The position numbers were made by a program, and so were the translations under genes. Shown in pieces: positions 27,529-36,412 of a stretch of DNA of 39,868 nucleotides (position 1 is the first letter of the stretch; every line of letters starts with the position of its first letter). Below the pieces are notes generated by a model that was given only the letters and a program-made list of their open reading frames with translations, was not told the origin of the DNA and searched no databases. Location: contig CAZSYD010000018.1 of NCBI GenBank assembly GCA_964611355.1, positions 1-39,868 on the forward strand. Reading direction: 5' to 3'. The stretch is from an uncultured Ignavibacteriales bacterium. GTDB taxonomy: Bacteria; Zixibacteria; MSB-5A5; GN15; JAAZOE01.

Positions 27529-28839
27529 ATGCTTGGAAGAACCTATTATTTGCATAGTTACGGGTGCCAGATGAACCTGGCCGATTCCGATATTCTTTCA
27601 GCCGCCATGGCGGCGGAGGGATATCGGCCCGTGGCCGACCCATCCGAAGCCGGTGTGATTATCATTAATACCTGCTCGGTGCGCAAGAAAGCCGAAGAAC
27701 GCGCCCTTGGACGGCTCAGGGAACTGGCTGGCCTGAAGAAAAACGGGCAAACCCGTATCTGCGTCGTCGGCTGCATGGCCCAGAGATATGGTAACAGGCT
27801 GCTTGAGAAAATACCGAGAATTGATTTTGTCCTCGGCACCGAACGGCTGTTTGGGTTACCTGCTCTTCTGTCACAGAGGAACGGTTGTCCCATCGTCGAT
27901 ACGGCCATGGAGAATACCCTTGACTGGGCCGAATATGCTCCAGCGCCGAACGATCCGTATTCCGCCCTTATTACTATTACCCGCGGTTGCAATAATTATT
28001 GCGCATATTGCGTTGTGCCTTATCTGCGAGGCCCGGAGCGGCATCGAAAACTGGAGGCGATAATCGCGGATATCAACCGCCTGACTGAAAAAGGAATCGT
28101 GGAGATTACCCTGGTCGGGCAGAATGTTAATTCCTACTATTGTGACGGATTGCGATTTCCCGGGTTGATACGAAAAGTGGCCAACGAAACCGACGTCAAG
28201 CGGATACGGTTTATTACGTCCCATCCGAAGGATATCTCGGATGATCTCATCGGGCTTTTTGCTGAAGAGCCGAAGCTGATGGGGCATATGCACCTGCCGC
28301 TGCAGAGCGGATCGGATCGTATACTGGAGATGATGTTTCGAAAATACACGCTGGCCCATTATTTGAACATAATTGAAAAGCTTCGTCGGAGCAGCCCGGA
28401 TATTGCCGTTACCACCGATCTTATTGTCGGATTTCCCACCGAAACGGAACAGGAGTATCGAATGACGCTTGATGCCGTCAACGAGATTGAATTTGACTCG
28501 GCTTTTATGTTTCGTTATTCGGTACGGGAAGAAACCTGGGCGGCTAAAAATCTTGATGATGACGTTCCCGAAGCGGCAAAGCTGGAGAGGCTCAAGGGGT
28601 TGATTGACCTGCAAAAGGAGATTGCCGGCAGGGTTAATCAAAGAGAGATCGGTCGCGTAAGGGAAGTCCTTGTCAATGGAACCAGCCGACGGGATAACAC
28701 TGTCCGGAAAGGAAAAACGCCGCAGAACAAGACAATTCTTTTTGACGGTGACGAAAACCTTTTTGGCCGGATTGTTCCGATTAGAGTGGTCGGAGCCGGC
28801 AGCCGGACTTTACATGGAGAGCCGGTAAATGACGTTTGA
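27529..28839 (+). CDS. miaB: tRNA-i6A37 methylthiotransferase MiaB
   Basis: YGCQMN, NTCSVR...AE, radical SAM CNNYCAYC, TSHP, HLPLQSGS, TRAM domain; start uncertain (27520 or 27529). Confidence 0.93.
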   Translation: MLGRTYYLHSYGCQMNLADSDILSAAMAAEGYRPVADPSEAGVIIINTCSVRKKAEERALGRLRELAGLKKNGQTRICVVGCMAQRYGNRLLEKIPRIDFVLGTERLFGLPALLSQRNGCPIVDTAMENTLDWAEYAPAPNDPYSALITITRGCNNYCAYCVVPYLRGPERHRKLEAIIADINRLTEKGIVEITLVGQNVNSYYCDGLRFPGLIRKVANETDVKRIRFITSHPKDISDDLIGLFAEEPKLMGHMHLPLQSGSDRILEMMFRKYTLAHYLNIIEKLRRSSPDIAVTTDLIVGFPTETEQEYRMTLDAVNEIEFDSAFMFRYSVREETWAAKNLDDDVPEAAKLERLKGLIDLQKEIAGRVNQREIGRVREVLVNGTSRRDNTVRKGKTPQNKTILFDGDENLFGRIVPIRVVGAGSRTLHGEPVNDV

Positions 28840-31795
28840 ACTGGCCGCAGCAATAGTTCTGTTTTTACTCACGGTTTTTGGCCTGCTTTTCGGCCTGACC
28901 AGAACGTCAGGCGTCGGCAGCGGCAGCTTTCCTAATCGGGGCCGATTCTTTGTCGGCCTGATTATCTGGATTCTAACTTCAATCCTGGCCGTTTTTATGA
29001 GTTTTCCGGGATACGCCGACTGGTTCATGCCGACCGTTTATCCGGTTCTGAAGATATCTTTTTTAGCCATGTTTCTTACCGGCTTTTTCCTGCTTATAAC
29101 CACGGTTGTTGCTTTTCCCGTTCATATGGATTACAATCGCCGGGAGATCGACGGCCGATCCGATCGGATAGCCCTGCTGGAGAATATCCGGCAGATAGCC
29201 GGTCAGCCGTATCCGATTACCGAATCGTTCGGCCTGGTTTTGCGAGAGCTGGCCAGTTTTCTGGTCGTCCGAAAGGGAGCGGTTTTCCTGATAAATCCCT
29301 CCCGGCGAGAGATGTATCTGGTGGCTCAGATAGGTCTGGACAAGAACGAAATGAGTCGCCTGGAACGGTTCCCGATCGGGCAGGATATTGTATCGCGATC
29401 GGCTACGGAACAAATGCCGTTTATTTCCGGCGATCTTATTACCTCCGACGCCGCAAGCCGCAAGCTTATTCTGGCCGGTCGGGATATTACTCTTTCAGCC
29501 GCCGCTGTGCCGCTTCATTCTCGTGATCGTTCTTTGGGATCGCTGCTTGTTCTTTCAGACAAGCCGTTTCGGTTCGAAAAGCGCGACCGGATGCTTCTGA
29601 ATGCCGCCGCCGAAGCTCTGGCCGGCGTGGTGGAAAACAACCGGCTGAGCCGCGAAAATCAAAAACTCGCTCGTCTGCTGGAGGAGGGCGCCGGGCGATT
29701 GGATAATTTGCGTCGCAATCTCGGTTTGCTGGCGAAATCAGACGAGCGGAAAGAGGCATTGACGTCGGTCTGTCGTTATCTGACCGAGCGATACAATGCG
29801 GTCGGCTGTCGCGTGGTCATGCTTGCCGATGGGGAGATTGAGGAAGTAGCTCGTTTTGAGTCCGCCTCAGGTTTGAATAACCGGAGCGAATCGTATCGGA
29901 CTGCCATCATCGACGCCATTATGAAGAAAAAAATGGTTATCCTCAACCAGGAAGCGAGGGCTCAGGACGGGAGCGCGTATATTGCTCGGTCCACCCTGCT
30001 GTGTCCGGTGCAGGTGCGGATGCCGGGGGAATATGCCCTCCTGATCGAGGCTCCCGGTGACGGTTTGGCTATAAACGAATCATTTCTGGAGGATATTGAA
30101 GGGATAACCGGCTTTATTACCGTTAGTTTGAATATATCCGGATTACAGGAAGCCGACACGTTTAATCAGGTTTTCGTACGCGGCCTCCTGAATATCCTCA
30201 GAATAAGACACGATGCTCCGGTTACGGCGATGCTTAATCAATTCCTCGAGGAGGTGTCCAAAACGATTCGCAGGACAACCTCGGCATTGGTGTTTATTCA
30301 AGATCAAAAATATGGCTATCGTCTTCTTGATGCGTGCCATATGTCCGGCGAGGCGCCGTCGGATTGCACGTTCCTGCCGGGAGAGGGGCCGATTGGAAAG
30401 ATGGCCGCCGCCGGTGAGATTCTTCAGTTTGTCGGGCGAGCGCAGGTAGAAAGAGCTTGGCAGGATGTGGAGTCGGTCAACCGGGATTTCTTCAGCCGTC
30501 TCTTTGGCGAAAAAGGATATCCGAATTATCAGTTCAATATCCCGGTCAGGGTTCTTGACGAAGTCGCCGCCGTTGTGGCCGTCTTTGACTACGGCGGCTC
30601 ATCCCGATTGAACGACAAGGAAAAGGGAATACTTCAGCTCGCGGCGCAATTATTGTCCATCAAACTGTCCATGGCCAGAATGGGTGACCGGATGTTTGAG
30701 GATCTTTCCGGTGAGAGTCTGAACAAAGTAGGAAGCGTCCTTAATCGTATCAATAACGATCTGGCTACTATTATGGGTCGTGCCCAGCTTATGGCGAGAC
30801 AACCGGATATATCCGGAAAGACAAGGTACGCCTCCGATGAAATCCTTAAGGCCTCGGAGTCGGCGGCCGATTCGATAAAGCGTCTTCAGGAAGGAATCAG
30901 GCCGGGTGAAAAACCGCTGTCCGGAGCCGACCGGAGCGTAAAGGAAAAGCTGGAGGCGTTTCTTGAAAGCCGGCATGTAACCGAAAATCTTTATATGTTT
31001 GACGGCCATCGACCGGTGATGCTTCAGAAAGAAATCGAACAACTGGATCGATTTGTTCCCGCCGAAGAAAATCTCTATCCTCTTCTTGAGTCCGTTTTGA
31101 GGAAGTTCGTCACGGTGGTTGAAGAAGGCGAGGAGGTTTTTATAAAGAGCGAATGCCGGAATGATAATTTATACGTCAACCTGATTCGCGGGTCGCGCGA
31201 TCGGTATCGGCAATTTGATCCCGCGCAGATTGATTTTGGCGACCCGGACGTGATGCCCCGGGATATAATTGATGAGAATTTGCTGGTGGCGCTTGTTCGC
31301 AGCAGGGGCCGGGTGTCGTTTGATCGTTTTGGCCGCCGACCCACCTATATCTCGTTTAGATTTCCCATTTCCGATCTTCAGGGTGTATCGCCGACAGAAA
31401 ATGTTGCCGATAAGAGCATGTCCGGGCTGAAACTCCTTGCGATTGATGATCAGCAAATGATCCTTGACCTGCTTTCCGGAATATGCGGTTCGCTTGGACT
31501 GGACCTGACAGCAGAGCAGAATCCCGCCCGTGGGGTGGAGATGTTTAAGCGGGGGGAATATGACATTGTTATGGTTGACCTGGCCATGGGAGAGGTTTCG
31601 GGCTGGGATATTGCACGCGAGATAAAGCGATATTCTCCCGATACGCCGGTGATTATGATGACCGGCTGGGGCATGAGACTCAGCCCTGAAGAAACGGCTC
31701 GTGGCGGAGTCGATTATACTCTCGCTAAACCATTTAGAATAGAGCAACTTACGGAAATAATCAATCAGGCCCGACTAAAACGAATCTCATCGTAG
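28829..31795 (+). CDS. Membrane-bound multi-GAF hybrid sensor with degenerate kinase core and C-terminal receiver domain
   Basis: Three N-terminal TMs; GAF domains; HisKA-like VLNRINNDLATIMGRAQL lacking His; REC domain with DD, VDLAM, MTG and KPF. Confidence 0.82.
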   Translation: MTFELAAAIVLFLLTVFGLLFGLTRTSGVGSGSFPNRGRFFVGLIIWILTSILAVFMSFPGYADWFMPTVYPVLKISFLAMFLTGFFLLITTVVAFPVHMDYNRREIDGRSDRIALLENIRQIAGQPYPITESFGLVLRELASFLVVRKGAVFLINPSRREMYLVAQIGLDKNEMSRLERFPIGQDIVSRSATEQMPFISGDLITSDAASRKLILAGRDITLSAAAVPLHSRDRSLGSLLVLSDKPFRFEKRDRMLLNAAAEALAGVVENNRLSRENQKLARLLEEGAGRLDNLRRNLGLLAKSDERKEALTSVCRYLTERYNAVGCRVVMLADGEIEEVARFESASGLNNRSESYRTAIIDAIMKKKMVILNQEARAQDGSAYIARSTLLCPVQVRMPGEYALLIEAPGDGLAINESFLEDIEGITGFITVSLNISGLQEADTFNQVFVRGLLNILRIRHDAPVTAMLNQFLEEVSKTIRRTTSALVFIQDQKYGYRLLDACHMSGEAPSDCTFLPGEGPIGKMAAAGEILQFVGRAQVERAWQDVESVNRDFFSRLFGEKGYPNYQFNIPVRVLDEVAAVVAVFDYGGSSRLNDKEKGILQLAAQLLSIKLSMARMGDRMFEDLSGESLNKVGSVLNRINNDLATIMGRAQLMARQPDISGKTRYASDEILKASESAADSIKRLQEGIRPGEKPLSGADRSVKEKLEAFLESRHVTENLYMFDGHRPVMLQKEIEQLDRFVPAEENLYPLLESVLRKFVTVVEEGEEVFIKSECRNDNLYVNLIRGSRDRYRQFDPAQIDFGDPDVMPRDIIDENLLVALVRSRGRVSFDRFGRRPTYISFRFPISDLQGVSPTENVADKSMSGLKLLAIDDQQMILDLLSGICGSLGLDLTAEQNPARGVEMFKRGEYDIVMVDLAMGEVSGWDIAREIKRYSPDTPVIMMTGWGMRLSPEETARGGVDYTLAKPFRIEQLTEIINQARLKRISS

Positions 31796-31804
31796 CCACC
31801 GGTC

Positions 31805-31831
31805 TAAACCTTTCTTGTTTCCTGCCGATAT
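31805..31831 (+). promoter_or_regulatory. Sigma28 (FliA/SigD)-type promoter
   Basis: TAAA-N15-GCCGATAT about 50 bp upstream of the HDOD gene. Confidence 0.65.
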
Positions 31832-31880
31832 TTAGATAAAATACAATGACTTACAGCTATGCGACTATCATGAGGGTACT

Positions 31881-33200
31881 GTGAAAGAACTGAAATACAT
31901 TGAAAAAATAAGAAGCGAATATTCGCTGCTGTCATTGCCACAGAGCCTTTCTCAGATACTTTCCATGGTTGGATCGGATGATTTTTCTATGGAGGACTTG
32001 AGCGATGCCGTATTGAAAGATCCCGGCCTGACCAGCAGAATACTAACGATGGCCAATTCCGCCTTCTACCGACATCAGGCCGAAATATCAACCATACAAC
32101 AGGCAGTAATAATGCTGGGTATGATGCAGGTGAAATGCCTGGCCTTATCGACTTCGGTTTTTGTCATTGAAAACTACAAGGATAAAATCAATCTCGACAT
32201 AAAGGATTTATTCAGTCATTTTATTTCGGTGGCCCTGGGTAGCAGGATGCTGGCCGAGGCGATCGGTTCTGACTTCACTGAAGAAGCGTTCATCGCGGGC
32301 CTTCTTCATGATATCGGCATAGTCTTCTTTATTCATCATTTTCCGGAAGATTACCGGACGGTAATCGATAACCTTAATGATTACCCGCGGTTTACCGAGG
32401 CGGAAGAGGATATTCTGGGCATTAACCATGCCACCATCGGCCGGATGCTGGCGGAAAAATGGAACTTGCCGACGGCGCTATGCGAAGCAATCGAGAACCA
32501 TCACAAGATCCCCGACAAAATCGGAGAAGTCGGTATAGTCAATATCGTCCAACTATCAGAATTGATCAGTAAGTCAGCTATCGACAACCGTCCCAAACAT
32601 CTGGAGAAACGCTTGGAGGATGTTAGCCTTTTATCGAATCTTATGAATATGGATCACCAAAAAATAGACGATATTTCGTTTTCCCTTTTGAATGAGACGA
32701 TTAAGATGGCCGAGCATATAGGTGTGGATATCGGTGATCCGACCGATGTTTTGACCCGGGCCAATAAGGAACTTTTTAATTCATACATGACTATTGAAAA
32801 CCTGTTCCGTGAGCGGCAGGAACTGTCCCGGCGCATTTTGGCCGAAGAAAGGCGAACTGCCGCAATGGAAGCCAAAAACGTGGCTATGGCAACCCTCTCG
32901 CATTACCTTAATAACGCCACCATGGCCATTTCAGGTCGCACGCAATTAATCAAGATGATGGTAGATAACGGCGCTATCCGGGACAACAAGAACGAGCTTA
33001 ACCCCATTCTTGAGGTAATTGAACAATCAGTCAAAAAGATATTGGCGGTGCTTTATGAATTGCGTGATCTGACCAGCCTTGAGGATATGGAGAAATACTC
33101 CGATTCCAGGGCCATCAACATTGATGATCGCATCATGGAACGAATGAAACAGATGGAAAAAACAGCCGACCAGATAATAGTATTGCCGGATACCGAATAA
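31881..33200 (+). CDS. HDOD domain protein with C-terminal HisKA-like helix
   Basis: DPGLTSRILTMANSAFY, AGLLHDIG, HATIGRMLAEKWNLP; C-terminal TLSHYLNNA. Confidence 0.87.
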   Translation: MKELKYIEKIRSEYSLLSLPQSLSQILSMVGSDDFSMEDLSDAVLKDPGLTSRILTMANSAFYRHQAEISTIQQAVIMLGMMQVKCLALSTSVFVIENYKDKINLDIKDLFSHFISVALGSRMLAEAIGSDFTEEAFIAGLLHDIGIVFFIHHFPEDYRTVIDNLNDYPRFTEAEEDILGINHATIGRMLAEKWNLPTALCEAIENHHKIPDKIGEVGIVNIVQLSELISKSAIDNRPKHLEKRLEDVSLLSNLMNMDHQKIDDISFSLLNETIKMAEHIGVDIGDPTDVLTRANKELFNSYMTIENLFRERQELSRRILAEERRTAAMEAKNVAMATLSHYLNNATMAISGRTQLIKMMVDNGAIRDNKNELNPILEVIEQSVKKILAVLYELRDLTSLEDMEKYSDSRAINIDDRIMERMKQMEKTADQIIVLPDTE

Positions 33201-33261
33201 TAAATATATATTGCTCTGCTTTTATACCTTCCCTATTTTGAGGGCCTGATTTGGAGGAGAT

Positions 33262-34458
33262 ATGCTCCGGTTTTTAACCGCAGGAGAATCCCACGGTCGG
33301 GCATTGGTAGCGACGGCGGAATCTTTCCCTGCCGGTTTTGAGATTTCGGTCGAGGAGATTAACCGGCATCTGGCCCGCCGTCAGCAGGGGTACGGTCGCG
33401 GCAAGCGTATGCGGATTGAAAAAGACCGGGTTAGGATTCTTTCCGGTCTCCGTAACGGCAGGACGCTGGGTTCACCTGTTGTCTGCCTGATTGAAAACAA
33501 AGACTGGCCAAACTGGAAAGAGTTGATGGATCCGGTCAAACCGATCTCCCGTAATTTAAACGACAAACAGCACCGATTGGCTCTTAAAGTTACTGCGCCG
33601 CGTCCCGGGCATGCCGACCTGGCCGGAGCCATAAAATATGACACTCATGATTTGCGTAACGTTCTGGAAAGGGCTTCCGCCCGCGAAACGGTCGCTCGCG
33701 TGGTCTGTGGTTCAATCGCCCGTCAGCTTCTGGAATATTTCGATATCCGGATAGTCTCCCATGTCGTGGCCATCGGTTCGGCGCGGTTGGGCCGCAAAAG
33801 GCAAAGCGTCGAATCCATAGAGATAAGGGCCGATAAATCTCCCGTGAGATGCGTTGACGCCCAGGTTTCCGAAAAGATGATAACCGAAATCAAGGAAGCG
33901 ATGACGGACAAAGACACCGTTGGAGGCGTATTTGAAGTAAGGGCGGCCAATCTGCCCGTCGGCCTGGGTTCGAACGCCCAATGGTTTACCCGCTTGGACG
34001 CCACTTTGGCGGCGGCGGTGATGTCGATTCAGTCGGTCAAAGGCGTGGAAATAGGCGACGGCTTTGCTTCCAGCGGAAAGAGGGGATCGAGGGTGCACGA
34101 TCGCATATATTATAACCGGAATGAGAAGCTCAACCGGCAAAAAGGTTTTTTGCGGCGCACAAATGCCTCGGGCGGAGTGGAAGGCGGCATATCCAACGGG
34201 AGTGAACTGGTGATTCGCGCGGCCTGCAAGCCGATTTCAACCTTGATGCAACCCCTCGATACGGTCGATATTAATACAGGGCAAAAAACCGCGGCCATGG
34301 TGGAGAGATCCGATATTTGCATTATTCCGGCTGCCGCCGTGGTCGGCGAGGCGATGGTGGCGATGGTTCTGGCGTCGGCTTTTACCGATAAGTTCGGCGG
34401 CGATTCGCGGGCTGAGATCAAGGCTAACTTTGAGGCTTACCTGAAGAGGGAGTTCTAA
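33262..34458 (+). CDS. aroC: Chorismate synthase
   Basis: TAGESHG, RRQQGYGRG, PRPGHAD, ERASARET, GGISNG, KPISTL. Confidence 0.97.
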   Translation: MLRFLTAGESHGRALVATAESFPAGFEISVEEINRHLARRQQGYGRGKRMRIEKDRVRILSGLRNGRTLGSPVVCLIENKDWPNWKELMDPVKPISRNLNDKQHRLALKVTAPRPGHADLAGAIKYDTHDLRNVLERASARETVARVVCGSIARQLLEYFDIRIVSHVVAIGSARLGRKRQSVESIEIRADKSPVRCVDAQVSEKMITEIKEAMTDKDTVGGVFEVRAANLPVGLGSNAQWFTRLDATLAAAVMSIQSVKGVEIGDGFASSGKRGSRVHDRIYYNRNEKLNRQKGFLRRTNASGGVEGGISNGSELVIRAACKPISTLMQPLDTVDINTGQKTAAMVERSDICIIPAAAVVGEAMVAMVLASAFTDKFGGDSRAEIKANFEAYLKREF

Positions 34459-34463
34459 ACGCT

Positions 34464-35441
34464 ATGCTGACAACAGTGGTTGGGAATTATCCAAGGATTC
34501 CGTCGATTAAAGATGGTATCAATCTCCGAAAAGGGATAAATGACGAGGAGAAGGGCAAAATAGACAAAGACCGGCTGGAAGAGATTTACCGGAAAACTAT
34601 TATCCGCACAATCAATGACCAGGTCGAAGCCGGAGTGGATATTATTACTGACGGCCAGATCAGATGGACGGAACTGACTTACCCCATGGCGACCGCTTTA
34701 ACATCGGTTCATCCGGGCGGACTGCGCCGCTTTTACGACAATAATATCTATTACCGGCGGCCTCAGATAACCGGCCTTATGTCGCGCGACAGGGAAATCG
34801 TCACCGAAGAATACCGTTTTGCTGTGAAGCATAGTGATCGTCCGGTCAAGGCGGTTCTCTGCGGCCCGATTACTTTTTGCAACCTCTCCAATAATTATTA
34901 CTACAAGTCATTCGGTAAGCTGGCCGACTCCGTGGCCGATGTTCTGGCAGGCGAGGTAAGGTCGCTCGTTGCCGCCGGATGCCGCCATATTCAGTTCGAT
35001 GAACCATCCCTGCCGCTTCTGCCGGCCAGGATGGAGCTGGCGTCCGAACTGTATTCAAAAATATTCGCCGGAGTTGACGCTGAATGCGGCATATTTATTT
35101 ATTTTAACTCCATCAAGTCGATTGCCGACAGGTTGTTTGAACTACCGCTTCGATTTATCGGGCTTGACCTTGTCAGCCATTCTGACGATATTGAATTTCT
35201 CAAAGGGTTTAACCCGGACTGCAAACTGATCGCCGGTCTTTTTGATGGGCGTAATATCATGCTTGAAAATGAGAAAAGCATCCGGTCGAAGATTGACCGG
35301 CTTTCCAAAATGATCCCGATCGACCGGATTATGTTATCGCCTTCAAGCGGACTTGAATTCCTGCCGCAAAAATATGCCGTGGCGAAAATGAAAAGAATGT
35401 GCGCCGTGGCCCGAAAATTAACCCCGGCGGAGACGAAATGA
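34464..35441 (+). CDS. Split MetE N-terminal-half-like subunit
   Basis: TTVVGNYPR, TDGQIRW, RFYDNNIYYRRP, KAVLCGP, QFDEP, DGRN; Zn ligands absent (YF in place of HxC, SSGL in place of DCGL). Confidence 0.75.
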   Translation: MLTTVVGNYPRIPSIKDGINLRKGINDEEKGKIDKDRLEEIYRKTIIRTINDQVEAGVDIITDGQIRWTELTYPMATALTSVHPGGLRRFYDNNIYYRRPQITGLMSRDREIVTEEYRFAVKHSDRPVKAVLCGPITFCNLSNNYYYKSFGKLADSVADVLAGEVRSLVAAGCRHIQFDEPSLPLLPARMELASELYSKIFAGVDAECGIFIYFNSIKSIADRLFELPLRFIGLDLVSHSDDIEFLKGFNPDCKLIAGLFDGRNIMLENEKSIRSKIDRLSKMIPIDRIMLSPSSGLEFLPQKYAVAKMKRMCAVARKLTPAETK

Positions 35442-36412
35442 AAAAGATGCTGCCGACAACTACAGTGGGGTCCTTTCCCAAACCGTCTTATCTGACCAAA
35501 GCCCGCGCCCAATATGCCGGAAAGAAAATATCTCATGATGAACTGGCGGAAATGGAGAAAAAGGCTACCCGCGAGATAATTGAACTTCAGGAACGGGTCG
35601 GACTCGACATTCTGGTTCACGGCGAGATGGAACGGGGCGATATGACGACCTACTTCGCGAAAAAGCTGGCCGGTTTTTCCATTTCAAGTCCGGTCAGATC
35701 GTATGGCAATCGTTATTATCGCAAACCGATTGTGAACGGTTCAATAGTGCGAAACGGGCCGATGACCGTCGAAATGTTCGAATATGCTCAGTCGCTGACC
35801 CAAAAGCCGGTCAAGGGAATGCTTACCGGGCCGTACACCATGTGCGATTGGTCATTTAATACCCATTACTCCGACCGCCGGTCGTTGACGCTGGCTTTGG
35901 CTGAGGTGATTGCGGCTGAGGCCGAAGATCTGGAAAAGGCCGGCGCGCAATATATTCAAATCGATGAACCGGCCATTTCGACGCGGCCGGAGGAGATTAA
36001 CCTTGCAATTGAAGCAATGGGTATGGTCACTTCAGGCTTGAAGGCAAAAACGATCAGCCACATCTGCTACGGCGATTTCAAGACCATCTATCCCGATATC
36101 CTCAAATTGCCGGTTGACCAACTCGACCTGGAGTTTGCCAATTCCGATTTCGCCAATCTCGATATTTTCCGCGACCCGCCCTTTACGAAGGAGATTGCAG
36201 TCGGAGTGATCGATATTCATTCGCACAAGGTTGAAACGGTGGAGCAGGTTAAAGAATGGATTCGCAGCGCGATGGATGTTTTTCCGCCCGAGAAAATATA
36301 TATCGACCCCGACTGCGGCCTTAAGACAAGAACCCTCGACGAGACTGAAGCCAAGCTCAAAGTTATGGTACGGGCGGTAAATGAAATCAGGACGGAGAAG
36401 GGATGGGATTAA
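35438..36412 (+). CDS. metE: Cobalamin-independent methionine synthase catalytic half (split MetE C-terminal subunit)
   Basis: TTTVGSFPK, HGEMERGDM, VRSYGNR, KGMLTGPYT, QIDEPA; Zn ligands HIC, E and PDCGLKTR; ATGA overlap with the upstream gene. Confidence 0.85.
   Translation: MKKMLPTTTVGSFPKPSYLTKARAQYAGKKISHDELAEMEKKATREIIELQERVGLDILVHGEMERGDMTTYFAKKLAGFSISSPVRSYGNRYYRKPIVNGSIVRNGPMTVEMFEYAQSLTQKPVKGMLTGPYTMCDWSFNTHYSDRRSLTLALAEVIAAEAEDLEKAGAQYIQIDEPAISTRPEEINLAIEAMGMVTSGLKAKTISHICYGDFKTIYPDILKLPVDQLDLEFANSDFANLDIFRDPPFTKEIAVGVIDIHSHKVETVEQVKEWIRSAMDVFPPEKIYIDPDCGLKTRTLDETEAKLKVMVRAVNEIRTEKGWD

Noticed and set aside
27871..28641. 256-aa minus-strand ORF
   Set aside because: Antisense to miaB
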